Shown: positions 36,760-46,455, counted from the first letter of the stretch. The stretch: DNA of 61,478 bases from an uncultured Candidatus Saccharibacteria bacterium (GCA_964467225.1 CAYXPQ010000004.1:1-61478); one strand, 5' to 3'. Notes: generated by a model not told the origin, from the letters alone. Numbers and translations are program-made.

Positions 36760-37197
36760 CTAGATATTTTCTATTTTATTATCCTTCCTAAAAATAAATA
36801 TCTTATAAACAAAGAAGCTTTCAAATGCGACTATAATACTAGCAAATACCTGACCAATTAGATAATGGAAATGAGCAAACTCAACAAAAGCATAAACAAT
36901 ATAAGTATTAATGAATAAATTAATTATGGCTACAATAGTAAAAACTAAGGCTTGATTATGCACTCCTTCTTTGGAGTTATCCTGAAATGTCCAGAACTTC
37001 TGCATTATAAAACTAACAGTTGTTGCTAGGATAAAAGATATTATTACGGAAATAACATAATATATATTTAATAAATCTGTAAGCACATAAAGTATCAATA
37101 GATTTGTTCCAGCACCAACTGCCCCAGAGAATAGAAATCTAATTATCTTGTATCTTTCAATCCAAACCTTATTTATTAATTCTTTCATGTAAATCAC
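36760..37197 (-). CDS. GtrA-family membrane protein
   Basis: 145 aa with 4 TM helices. RFLFSGAVGAGTNLLILYVL and SFIMQKFWTF are GtrA signatures. The start may be at 37188. Confidence 0.8.
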   Translation of the reverse strand: MIYMKELINKVWIERYKIIRFLFSGAVGAGTNLLILYVLTDLLNIYYVISVIISFILATTVSFIMQKFWTFQDNSKEGVHNQALVFTIVAIINLFINTYIVYAFVEFAHFHYLIGQVFASIIVAFESFFVYKIFIFRKDNKIENI

Positions 37198-37203
37198 ATT
37201 ATA

Positions 37204-38328
37204 TCATCTAAAACTCTTTATAAGAGAAAGATGTGCATCTATAACATTGTCCCAGCTTTGATTAAGGGGTAATGAATTTATTGTCTGGATTATATTTTTA
37301 TAATTATCTTTATCAAACATATAGGTAATTTTGTTTTCTAATTCATCCTCATCAAATGGATCAAAAAGCATTTCTTCGGGCAAAGTTACCGAGAGACCAT
37401 TACCCTTAGTTAGCAATACTGGCTTGCCAAGAGATAGTGACTCAAGTATGAAATTCGGATTGAATTCTGATAATGCTGGACCGATACAAACTGCAGAATT
37501 TCTAATATTTTTGAATAATTCTTCTTGAGGTAATGAATCTTTAAATATTACATAACTTTCTGCATTCAATTCCTTGACTAAATCTAATAATTTATTTTTT
37601 TCAGGACCAGAACCTATTAGCACTAGATTTCCCTTTTTTATTTTATTTCTTACTTTAGCTACTACCCTAATCACAAAAGGTAAATTTTTGTAGCTTACAA
37701 ATCTACCCGCAAATAGAATTATAGGATTATCAGAAATAATCTCATTTGCTTTCTCTGTTTGAAGTACTGGATTTTTGATTATAGTAATATTCTTTGGGTT
37801 GGCTCCGAAATAATTTACATAAAAATCCTTAAAGAATTGACCATACACAACTATTCTATCTGCAGATGATATAAGACGTTTAATTAACCCATACAAAATC
37901 GGCTTATCATTTTTATAAAAACCATTTTTGTAATAATCAACAATAGTAATAAATCTTTGATTCATTTCAACCGTTCTTTCCCATATTGGATCTCCACCAA
38001 TTCTTATTATGAAAGGTCTAAGGAAAATGAAAGCAGCAATCTTTGCTGGTATTCCTGCAGCTGTAGGATCAAAGGCATATATAATCTTGCATGAGAAAGC
38101 ATATTTTAATGCAAGATATTGATATTTGAGCCATTGTAAAATTTTATTATTATTTCTTGAGACTCTTACAACTTTAAATGGAAACTTCTTGTCTGTTTTA
38201 TCATCTCCATAGGCAATGACAATTACTTCATAACCGTTATTGCTCAGAGCCTCAGCAATTTTCCTAACATGAATAGCTGGACCCCCAACATCGGGATAGA
38301 ATATTCCTGCCGCAAGTAGTATCTTCAT
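37204..38328 (-). CDS. GT4-family glycosyltransferase
   Basis: 374 aa. N-terminal MKILLAAGIFYPDVGGPAIH and a C-terminal GT-B half with the E-x7-E-like region ILESLSLGKPVL. Confidence 0.8.
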   Translation of the reverse strand: MKILLAAGIFYPDVGGPAIHVRKIAEALSNNGYEVIVIAYGDDKTDKKFPFKVVRVSRNNNKILQWLKYQYLALKYAFSCKIIYAFDPTAAGIPAKIAAFIFLRPFIIRIGGDPIWERTVEMNQRFITIVDYYKNGFYKNDKPILYGLIKRLISSADRIVVYGQFFKDFYVNYFGANPKNITIIKNPVLQTEKANEIISDNPIILFAGRFVSYKNLPFVIRVVAKVRNKIKKGNLVLIGSGPEKNKLLDLVKELNAESYVIFKDSLPQEELFKNIRNSAVCIGPALSEFNPNFILESLSLGKPVLLTKGNGLSVTLPEEMLFDPFDEDELENKITYMFDKDNYKNIIQTINSLPLNQSWDNVIDAHLSLIKSFR

Positions 38329-38378
38329 TATAGTTTATTAGTTGATTTTAATATAAATACACATATACTATAGCAAAG

Positions 38379-39281
38379 ATGAACAAAAACCCAAAAGTAG
38401 CAGTTATAGGTATAGGTAGATGGGGTAAAAACATCGTAAACACCCTAGTCAAACTTGGTTTTAATGTCTCACATTGTTTTAGCAATGGAGGACAGGAGAA
38501 TAGAGATTGGCTTACCTCAAATCACCCAACCATACAATTTGCAGAGAGCTATGAGGCGATACTTAATGATAGTGATATTGGTGCTGTATTTATTGCAACC
38601 CCTATTATCACTCATTATCTACTTGCCAAACAAGCTCTTGATGCTGGCAAACATGTGTTCCTAGAGAAGCCAGGAACGCAGTCAGTAGAAAGTATGCAAG
38701 AACTCTGTGATCTAGCAAAATCAAGGAGTTTAATTTTAAGTGTTGGTTATGTATTCATTCACCATCCAGCATTCACTTATCTCAAGCAAACACTTGAAAG
38801 TGAGAGAATACTTAGCATAGATTTTGAATGGAATAAATGGGGGAGTTTTGGTGAGAATATCGTTGAGAACTTATTGACCCATGATCTATCAATTCTTATT
38901 GCACTTGGAATAGAGATCAACACTGACTCTATTCAAGCCAGCTATAAAGTAGGTATTGATAATGACAAAGATGATATCATTAACATACAATGCACAAGTG
39001 TGGACAGAATCAAAATATCTTCTAACATCAACAGACTTTCTCCAGACAAAAAAAAGGTTATTACAATAGTCACCGACGACAATATTTATGTCTGGAATGG
39101 CGATAATCTACAAGTAGTAAGGAGACATCAAACAAATCTACCGGTTCCAATAGAAATACCAAAAACTTCCGCTCTTGATAATGAATTGAACAACTTCATG
39201 CAAGCGATTAGAGGTGAAGCACAGATTATAGTTCAAGGAGAGTTTGCAGTACCAATACTTGAGACAATCAAAGATCTATAA
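38379..39281 (+). CDS. Gfo/Idh/MocA-family NAD(P)-dependent sugar oxidoreductase
   Basis: 300 aa. Motifs KVAVIGIGRWGKN and HVFLEKP. Confidence 0.8.
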   Translation: MNKNPKVAVIGIGRWGKNIVNTLVKLGFNVSHCFSNGGQENRDWLTSNHPTIQFAESYEAILNDSDIGAVFIATPIITHYLLAKQALDAGKHVFLEKPGTQSVESMQELCDLAKSRSLILSVGYVFIHHPAFTYLKQTLESERILSIDFEWNKWGSFGENIVENLLTHDLSILIALGIEINTDSIQASYKVGIDNDKDDIINIQCTSVDRIKISSNINRLSPDKKKVITIVTDDNIYVWNGDNLQVVRRHQTNLPVPIEIPKTSALDNELNNFMQAIRGEAQIIVQGEFAVPILETIKDL

Positions 39282-39284
39282 CTG

Positions 39285-40325
39285 CTAAATCAGAGCTATT
39301 ACTTGCCTTGAAGCATCGACACAATTCCCTATCTTACCAGAGAAAACATGAATGACTCGATCATTCACTCTAGACACAACAGTTGGTCTCTCGTCTGTCT
39401 TGTCTGTATTTGGTAGAACAGTGCGAACTGTGTACATAGAGCCGACATGTTCGGCTCTCTTCATTTCAGGCATTATTTCTATTGCTGATTCTATAAATCT
39501 TTTAAAATTAGTTACTTGTGGATTTTTGATTATTCCCTTATTTAATATATCTTTTATTGAATCAGGGATATGTGGTTTTATACCCGTATTTGTTGCATGA
39601 ATTGCATGCACTACATTACCCATGAGATGCAGATCAGTTCTTCCATATGGATCAATACAGAAGAATGGTCCATCTAAAATCACTATACTTTTCCTATAAA
39701 ATTCTTTGGGTAATTTTATTAGTGGCTTCTCACAGACTTCAAATTGATATTCCTTTGGAGAATGCAATCCATCATTATAAATAGAATTCAAATTTGCATA
39801 CGTACAATTTACTACAAGATCATGATCACTGGTATCCAAAGAAAATACCTTATTAAAATAAGTTTTTACTTTATTCTTTATTAACTTGCTCCAGACAATA
39901 CCCTTTAGTATTGGATAATCAATCAATGATTCCCTGACTTTAACAGCAAGTTCATGTGCTTTACTATCAGCGTGTGGCAATTCTACAATTGAGTATTCTA
40001 AATTACACTTTTTACAAAAATCAATAAATTGTTCCTTGCTCGTCTTACTCTTTGCTGATGCAATGCAATAATAATGTTCATTATCATCTATAACTGCTTC
40101 GCCATATTCTTTCCTAAAACTTTCCTCCCCATCTCTTGACGATATTGCCGTACTTGCACTTCTTGGATAATGATAACCCCTATGTAGTCTAAATTGATTT
40201 ATACCAGAAGCAGCTTGCATTATGTCTGATTCCTTCTCAAATAATTCAACTTCATAGCCTTTCTTTGCTAATGCAATGGCAATGGTAGATCCGAATATTC
40301 CTGCTCCAACTACAGCTATTTTCAT
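39285..40325 (-). CDS. FAD-dependent oxidoreductase (DAO-like)
   Basis: 346 aa. N-terminal dinucleotide fold MKIAVVGAGIFGSTIAIALAKKGYEVELFEK, followed by HRGYHYPRS. Confidence 0.7.
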   Translation of the reverse strand: MKIAVVGAGIFGSTIAIALAKKGYEVELFEKESDIMQAASGINQFRLHRGYHYPRSASTAISSRDGEESFRKEYGEAVIDDNEHYYCIASAKSKTSKEQFIDFCKKCNLEYSIVELPHADSKAHELAVKVRESLIDYPILKGIVWSKLIKNKVKTYFNKVFSLDTSDHDLVVNCTYANLNSIYNDGLHSPKEYQFEVCEKPLIKLPKEFYRKSIVILDGPFFCIDPYGRTDLHLMGNVVHAIHATNTGIKPHIPDSIKDILNKGIIKNPQVTNFKRFIESAIEIMPEMKRAEHVGSMYTVRTVLPNTDKTDERPTVVSRVNDRVIHVFSGKIGNCVDASRQVIALI

Positions 40326-40331
40326 AAGACT

Positions 40332-41342
40332 CTATTTTATACTATCGTACAGTTTTTGACCAAGATTATCCAAACTATGACTTTTAATAAAATTACTCAA
40401 TTCAATTTTTGCTTTACTTATTTGATCATCACTATAATTAAGAAGTTTATTTAATTTTAAAATAAATTCTGATTTATTTCTTTCATGAAAAATAAAATCA
40501 TCGCTAATCTGCCCCCTAAGATTATCATTTGAAACTAATATCAAACAACCACAAGCAATTGCCTCAAATATAGTCTTGTCATACATTCCACTTGAAGACA
40601 TATTCACGAAAATCATATTTTGAGAATAAATATTAATAGTCTCTAGATTTAAAACTCCCTTATAAAAATCAATATGATTCTCTCCTTTAATCTTCAAACC
40701 CTTATAATATATCTCGTCCTGAGGTAATGGATTGCCATATACACTTGTAACAATATCTGGATTATTAATTTCGACAATTGCTTCAACCAATATATCTATG
40801 TTCTTTGATGGTGCTATTCTACCTAATGACAATATGCTATTTGGAATTCTCTTAGCATTCTGATTTGGTTTGAAATTCTCAAGATCTACTCCAACTGGCA
40901 TTATTTGAGTATTTTTATATTTTGCAGTATAGGAGAATTTAGAAGTACAGAAAATCTTTTTGCAGAATAATGCAGCAATATCAGTAAGCTTATTACCAAT
41001 ATTATGATTACGCCACATAAATACATCCTTCTTCATTATTTTCCACACAATCCCAGCTAGAATAATATACTCTTGATTCATATGGACAAAAACTTTGTCA
41101 TAATTATCTTTCTCTTTAAAAATATATTTATAAAAATTGGTAATATAATCTATTTTAGATTTTCCATTTTCTTTACCAAGAGAAAGAACTCTTACATTTT
41201 TAGGTAAATTATATTCTCCTTTATACAAACAAATAACTGTAATACTCTCATAATACTTAGAGAATTTCTCTATCCATCTATGGAAAAATCCCAAGACAGG
41301 ATCAGACTTATCAACTTTTTGGGTAATTATTAGTAATCTCAT
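40332..41342 (-). CDS. GT4-like glycosyltransferase
   Basis: 336 aa. MRLLIITQKVDKSDPVLGFF and C-terminal FEAIACGCLIL. Confidence 0.65.
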   Translation of the reverse strand: MRLLIITQKVDKSDPVLGFFHRWIEKFSKYYESITVICLYKGEYNLPKNVRVLSLGKENGKSKIDYITNFYKYIFKEKDNYDKVFVHMNQEYIILAGIVWKIMKKDVFMWRNHNIGNKLTDIAALFCKKIFCTSKFSYTAKYKNTQIMPVGVDLENFKPNQNAKRIPNSILSLGRIAPSKNIDILVEAIVEINNPDIVTSVYGNPLPQDEIYYKGLKIKGENHIDFYKGVLNLETINIYSQNMIFVNMSSSGMYDKTIFEAIACGCLILVSNDNLRGQISDDFIFHERNKSEFILKLNKLLNYSDDQISKAKIELSNFIKSHSLDNLGQKLYDSIK

Positions 41343-42376
41343 TTCAATAATTTAATAATCTTATCTGCTATATCCCTCTCATCCCAAGCTGTAATAACAG
41401 CTCCTACATCTTTTGCTATACCTACATCAGTAGAAATAATTCTGCATTTTGCGGCTTGAGCTTCCTTGAAGACTACACCATAACCTTCGTACCAGGATGT
41501 TACAAGAAGTACATCCGCCCCTCGGTAGTATGATACTAGATCATTCTGCCAGCCTTCAAATATAACAGAATCGAGTACGCCAAGATCATACGCGAGCTTC
41601 TTAAGATTATCCATTTCTCTACCTGAACCAACAATTACAATACCCAAGTCTGGCAACTCTTGTTTAGCTATTGCAAAAGCTCTAATTGCACCATCTATAT
41701 TCTTTTCTGATTCCAATCTTGAGACCATTAAAATTATTTTAGTAAATTGCTTATACTTTCCTCTTAGAGAGAATCTAGCTAAGCCATTTTTAAACAATTC
41801 CACATCAATATCAATCGGTTTTACTATGATTTTATTTTTATCAATACCATTTGATACTAAAGAATCCGCAATCTTTCTTGATACTACTCTTATAGTATGA
41901 GCTTTTGGCAAGGTGAATTTTGAAATAAGTAATCTTATTTTATTTAAATAAGTATGAAGAGAGAAATATGGACTAAATAAATCAGTATGTATCTGCAATA
42001 ATAATTCTGAATTTTTATTTAATCCTAAAAGCATTTTGCCCACTAATCCAGTCTCAAATGGGTCTTGGCAAGTTATTAATAATTTATCATCGTTATTAAC
42101 TAATTTAATTATCCTTTTACCTAAGAAATAAGCATCGGGTAAATACAAAATTTTTAAGAATGAATTTGTTGAATATGCATAACAATTATCTGATATTTCC
42201 TGAGGATCATGTTTTTGTTTTGAGAAAATAACAATATGTAGTTCTTTGTATTTTTTTGCATACTCTGCCATCCTTGCCCGAACAGCACTTCTTTCATTGA
42301 ATATTCCACGATCAGTAGAGATCATCACTGCAATATAATCAGAATAATCTTTATAATCTGTATTATAATTTTCCAT
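41339..42376 (-). CDS. GT4-family glycosyltransferase
   Basis: 345 aa. Motifs MVSRLESEKNIDGAIRAF, TSWYEGYGVVFKEAQAAKCRIIST. A 4-nt start/stop overlap joins it to the downstream gene. Confidence 0.75.
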   Translation of the reverse strand: MENYNTDYKDYSDYIAVMISTDRGIFNERSAVRARMAEYAKKYKELHIVIFSKQKHDPQEISDNCYAYSTNSFLKILYLPDAYFLGKRIIKLVNNDDKLLITCQDPFETGLVGKMLLGLNKNSELLLQIHTDLFSPYFSLHTYLNKIRLLISKFTLPKAHTIRVVSRKIADSLVSNGIDKNKIIVKPIDIDVELFKNGLARFSLRGKYKQFTKIILMVSRLESEKNIDGAIRAFAIAKQELPDLGIVIVGSGREMDNLKKLAYDLGVLDSVIFEGWQNDLVSYYRGADVLLVTSWYEGYGVVFKEAQAAKCRIISTDVGIAKDVGAVITAWDERDIADKIIKLLK

Positions 42377-43382
42377 ATAAAGAAATAATCTCTCTACCTA
42401 TGTCCTCCCATGTATGTACCCATTTAAAATTTTTTACTTTCTCAGCTTGTAAGGCACGATTCTTAGGATCAGACATCCAAATAATCTTATCTTTAATATC
42501 ATTCACATCAGTTGGATCTACAAAGATTGCACAGTCCTTTACCTTTTCATATATTCCTGTCTCTTTTGTAAGAATAAATGGTACGCCAACTCTTATTGAA
42601 TCAAAAATCATATTAGGACTTATATCACCCAATGAAGTTAGAATTACGGTATAAGACCTTCTCATTCTTTCTTGGAAATTATCATAAACAGCTTTTGATG
42701 TATCAAATTCTATATCATCTAAGTTTGCCATTTTTAATTCATCTTTTGCATTTTTAAATGCCATCTTCAGCTTATCGATATTTTTCCATTTTAATTCTCG
42801 TGTAGCAGCAATGAACACTCTTGCCTCTGGTTCTATTGATTCTTCTCTTTCTCCACAATAATTCTCTATTATAAGACTCTTATTGGAATCAAGTTTATAA
42901 ACTTTTTCAAAAATCTTTCTCTGCCAATCAGTACTATATACAACCCTTGCTGCAGATCTTAATGCATCTCCTCCCAATTTAAATATAGCTTTCTCCTTTG
43001 AAGAAAGTTTGTCTAATGAAGTATTATAAAAGTCTCTAAATAATACCAAGTCTCCAGTTCTCTCTACATATGTCTCCCACAAAAAATCTCCTCCGGTTCT
43101 TATTATGTATTTCTTTCTCATTATCTTGCAAGCATACATAGTAGGCACAGCAGCACTCCATGTATCAAGCACAACAATAAAGTCTGCATTCCAACCTTTT
43201 CTAAAGATTTTTAATAGAAATAGAAAATGCCTGAGAAAAGCTGGAAAAGCTCTTTCCCATCTATAAGCTGCAACCTTTACATCATGGCCCTGCTTCTTCC
43301 AAGTCTCATATAGATTCCTAGCGTATTGAGCAGTACCTCCAATATCTGGCGGGTATATCCCTGATGAAATTAGGATTTTCAT
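42363..43382 (-). CDS. GT4-like glycosyltransferase
   Basis: 339 aa. MKILISSGIYPPDIGGTAQY and FDSIRVGVPFIL. A 14-nt overlap joins it to the downstream gene. Confidence 0.65.
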   Translation of the reverse strand: MKILISSGIYPPDIGGTAQYARNLYETWKKQGHDVKVAAYRWERAFPAFLRHFLFLLKIFRKGWNADFIVVLDTWSAAVPTMYACKIMRKKYIIRTGGDFLWETYVERTGDLVLFRDFYNTSLDKLSSKEKAIFKLGGDALRSAARVVYSTDWQRKIFEKVYKLDSNKSLIIENYCGEREESIEPEARVFIAATRELKWKNIDKLKMAFKNAKDELKMANLDDIEFDTSKAVYDNFQERMRRSYTVILTSLGDISPNMIFDSIRVGVPFILTKETGIYEKVKDCAIFVDPTDVNDIKDKIIWMSDPKNRALQAEKVKNFKWVHTWEDIGREIISLYGKL

Positions 43383-44464
43383 ATCATCTTTAAGAATACC
43401 TTATTTTTCATATCATTTGCAATGATATTCCAGTCATACTTATTCTTAACCATCTCATAGGCATTTCTAACTATGTATTCATGAGATTCTTTATCCTTAA
43501 TCAATTTCTCGACTTTTTGAGCAATACTTTTAGGATTTTTGACTTCACAGAATAGACCTGTCTCACCATCCTTCAAAAAATCCACTATTCCACCTACAGG
43601 TGTAGCGATAACCGGAATTCTAGCTGCCATAGCTTCGATAAAAGAATTGCCAAAACCTTCTGACAAAGATGGGCGGATAAAAATATCAGAGGCATGCAAA
43701 TATTTTGGCATTTCTGAATGAGATACATAGCCCATAAAATTCACCCTGTTAGTCAATTGTAGATCTTTAGCTGTTTGCTTTAATTTATTCTGTAATTTAC
43801 CAGTTCCGATTACTAATAATTTTATGTTGCTTGGTAAATATGAAAGAGATTCAATAATATCTTCTATCGCATTTTTTTTAACCAATCTGGAAGTGGTAAT
43901 CAGATTAATATCATTTGAATCTTTCCTATTAAGATTTTTATTTGAAAATAACTCTAAATCCACAGCATTCGGTATAACAACTATTTCAGATTTATATCCC
44001 ATTTCATGTGCCCAATCTGCTAAGAAGTTTGATATTACTTGAACAATATCTGCTGATCTTATTATTTTTTTAACTAACGGTTTTATAAGTCTAATTTTAT
44101 TAAACTCCCCTTCTTGCAAAGTTAGGACTAAATTAGTTTTAGAGTTAAATTTTTTGAATAAATATCCTGACAATCCAGCATAACTTGCCATTATTGACCA
44201 AATCAAATCATATTTATTTTTTTTGTGCATTTCTAGAGCTTTCCAAAAAGCTCTCAAAGGATATAGGATTTTAAAATTTCCGATTCTATATATATTTACA
44301 TTGCCTATTTTTTCAAATTCCTTCTCACCTTTCCTCAGAGTAATCATATCGAATTGAATATCATTAGAATCAATTCTGTCTGTTATTTCTTTAATAGCAA
44401 TTTCAGCACCACCAATATGTTTTGGATAATAAAATAAGGAAAATATTAATATTCTCTTAGCCAT
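43379..44464 (-). CDS. GT4-family glycosyltransferase
   Basis: 361 aa. Motifs YYPKHIGGAEIA, PSLSEGFGNSFIEAMAARIPVIATPVGG. Confidence 0.85.
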   Translation of the reverse strand: MAKRILIFSLFYYPKHIGGAEIAIKEITDRIDSNDIQFDMITLRKGEKEFEKIGNVNIYRIGNFKILYPLRAFWKALEMHKKNKYDLIWSIMASYAGLSGYLFKKFNSKTNLVLTLQEGEFNKIRLIKPLVKKIIRSADIVQVISNFLADWAHEMGYKSEIVVIPNAVDLELFSNKNLNRKDSNDINLITTSRLVKKNAIEDIIESLSYLPSNIKLLVIGTGKLQNKLKQTAKDLQLTNRVNFMGYVSHSEMPKYLHASDIFIRPSLSEGFGNSFIEAMAARIPVIATPVGGIVDFLKDGETGLFCEVKNPKSIAQKVEKLIKDKESHEYIVRNAYEMVKNKYDWNIIANDMKNKVFLKMI

Positions 44465-44468
44465 AATA

Positions 44469-46106
44469 TTACTCTACCTTAAGTACATCACGAAGTACAT
44501 CTTCGGGTATTTCATTTTGATTATTTGTTTTTACTTCCTCTTTTTGTACGGGTTTAGGCTTATGTGCACTTAGAACTGAAGCTAATGCACTTTTTAATTC
44601 ATTTACCCTTTGTGGAGTAACTTCTTTTTGATTATTCTTTGTTGGTGTTAATGATGATAATGATACTGGCTTATGTTGTGGAGTTTTGATTTCTATTGGT
44701 TTTTGAACTGGCATTTCAATCGGTTTTGGAATTGGCTTTTCTACTGGCTTCTCAACTTGTCTTTCAATGGGTCTTGGAATTTCAGTCTTCATTTCTGGTT
44801 TTGGTTTTACAGGTGGCTTAATGGGTGCATGCCAATCTTCAATTCCTTTTTCCACATCTGATCTTCTATGTGCAAATTGTGCTCTAGAAGACTCTATAAC
44901 CTCTTTAACACTTGAATGTTCTGGTTTAGCAATAGGTGGCATAGTTGTAGCTGAGAATGGCTGAGAACTTATACCATCAATCATAAGTTTAAGATATATT
45001 TGAAATATACCTAAGTTAACAATATCTTCGGCGGTGAATACAGGAGAGAATTCTTTTTCCAAGACTTCTGCATCATATGCTCCAACACGAAATACAATCA
45101 TAGTACCGACGTTACCAAATACCGCTGCCCTAACTTCTTCTTCCATTTGCTCAATGTATTGATGAGCAATTGTTAAATTTAATTTATATTTTCTGGCCTC
45201 TGATAGAATATCAGCGAAACTTTCATTTGCAAAAGATTGGAACTCGTCTACGAATAAATAGAAATTTGGCAAAGTCTTCAATACTCTATCAGGAACATCA
45301 GCTCTAGAAAGAGCAGCCAAATATATTTTAGTAATAAGCATTCCACCTAGGAGATTTGCATTTGATTCACCAATTCTACCCTTGGATAAGTTGATTATAA
45401 ATATTTTTCCTTTATCCATCATTTCACGGATATTAAATGAAGACTGAGGCTGACCTATCATATTTCTAATCAAAGCATTTGCGGTGAACTGTCCGATCTT
45501 ATTCTGAATAGCGGGTACTGCTTCGGCAGCCATTCTTTCTGTATAATTTGCAAATTCTTGTGTCCAAAAAGTTTTTACTGATGGATCAGTGACACATGCC
45601 ACAACCTGGTTTCTAAACACTTTATCTGAAAGCATTCTATTAACTCCAAGCAATGTTGCATCTGGATACTCTAGAAGAGCAAGAAGAGTATTTGTAAGTA
45701 TATATTCCATTCTAGCTGACCATGCATCCTGCCAAATCTTTTTAAATGTACTCATCAATCCAGACACGACTAGATGTCTTTTGTCTGGATCTACACTTTC
45801 AAGGACATTGAATGAAATAGGATAATCAGTATCAAAAGGTGCGAAATAGACTACATCCTTAATTCTATGTTCTGGGACATATTCCAATAATAATTCTGCA
45901 GTCTTGCCGTGTGGATCAATAAAAGCTAATCCTTCACCATTCTTAATATCTTGCACAGCCATATTCTCGAGCAATGTAGACTTTCCCATACCTGTCTTAC
46001 CAATTACATAGACATGTTTTGTCCTGTCCTTTGCTTTGATACCAAAATTTACTTTTGTATTTCTAGCATCAGTTTGTGCAAAATATGTAATCCTTTCTTC
46101 GTTCAT
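44469..46106 (-). CDS. Soluble VirD4/TraD/TrwB-like (type IV coupling protein-like, HerA/FtsK superfamily) P-loop ATPase with a proline/lysine-rich repeat tail
   Basis: 545 aa. Walker A VIGKTGMGKSTLLENM and Walker B-like FYLFVDEFQSF, then NLTIAHQYI. No N-terminal TM helices. The C-terminal roughly 120 aa hold degenerate KPxExP repeats (PIKPPVKPKPEMKTEIPRPIERQVEKPVEKPIPKPIEMPVQKPIEIKTP). Confidence 0.7.
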   Translation of the reverse strand: MNEERITYFAQTDARNTKVNFGIKAKDRTKHVYVIGKTGMGKSTLLENMAVQDIKNGEGLAFIDPHGKTAELLLEYVPEHRIKDVVYFAPFDTDYPISFNVLESVDPDKRHLVVSGLMSTFKKIWQDAWSARMEYILTNTLLALLEYPDATLLGVNRMLSDKVFRNQVVACVTDPSVKTFWTQEFANYTERMAAEAVPAIQNKIGQFTANALIRNMIGQPQSSFNIREMMDKGKIFIINLSKGRIGESNANLLGGMLITKIYLAALSRADVPDRVLKTLPNFYLFVDEFQSFANESFADILSEARKYKLNLTIAHQYIEQMEEEVRAAVFGNVGTMIVFRVGAYDAEVLEKEFSPVFTAEDIVNLGIFQIYLKLMIDGISSQPFSATTMPPIAKPEHSSVKEVIESSRAQFAHRRSDVEKGIEDWHAPIKPPVKPKPEMKTEIPRPIERQVEKPVEKPIPKPIEMPVQKPIEIKTPQHKPVSLSSLTPTKNNQKEVTPQRVNELKSALASVLSAHKPKPVQKEEVKTNNQNEIPEDVLRDVLKVE

Positions 46107-46156
46107 ATATAGGTTCTTTATGATCTAATTTTAGCATTAAAAAATATAAAAAAGAA

Positions 46157-46189
46157 AGCCCCCGTCGCGTCCTCGCGCGACGGGGGGCT
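46157..46189 (-). terminator. GC-rich intrinsic terminator T1 (minus strand)
   Basis: CCCCCGTCGCG (46159-46169) pairs perfectly with CGCGACGGGGG (46176-46186). On the minus-strand RNA the stem is followed by CUUUCUUUUUUAUAUUUU. Confidence 0.75.
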
Positions 46190-46205
46190 ATCTGTGTTCG
46201 GAGGT

Positions 46206-46424
46206 TCAAGTTACCAACATTCCACCCAGCAATTGCTGCTGTGAAGATTTCTTCCGGAGGGACTTAGTCCTTCGATATTCCCCATAGAATCCCCTGCTCA
46301 TGGCAAATTTTGCCAAAGCATTGAAGGTTGGAAAGGTCGTCATTTCACGTTTGATGGCATCAGCAAGTCCAGTTGAGACTCTGCACCGCTCACCTTGTCC
46401 AGTCGAAACAAAACACTTCACCAT
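46206..46424 (-). CDS. Small hypothetical protein (72 aa from the ATG at 46424; the track ORF starts at a TTG at 46430)
   Basis: The ORF sits in about 45% GC DNA (27/60 in a counted line). It has a putative promoter TAGACA-17-TAGTAT, a structured leader and terminator T1. No family recognised, so coding status is uncertain. Confidence 0.4.
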   Translation of the reverse strand: MVKCFVSTGQGERCRVSTGLADAIKREMTTFPTFNALAKFAMSRGFYGEYRRTKSLRKKSSQQQLLGGMLVT

Positions 46425-46455
46425 AACCAAACGCTCTTTAACTGAATTAGAACTC

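Noticed and set aside
38455-38664. A 69-aa plus-strand ORF in a second frame of the Gfo/Idh/MocA gene.
   Set aside because: It is an out-of-frame overlap with a well-supported CDS and has no independent signals.
46240-46265. CCUCCGGAAGAAA on the minus strand looked briefly like the SRP RNA domain IV GGAA tetraloop region. I also checked the GC-rich patch for RNase P and tmRNA hallmarks.
   Set aside because: The flanks do not form the conserved CC-GGAA-GG helix or the AGCAGCC motif. No GAGGAAAGUCC (RNase P) or a tRNA-like UCCACCA end (tmRNA) is present.
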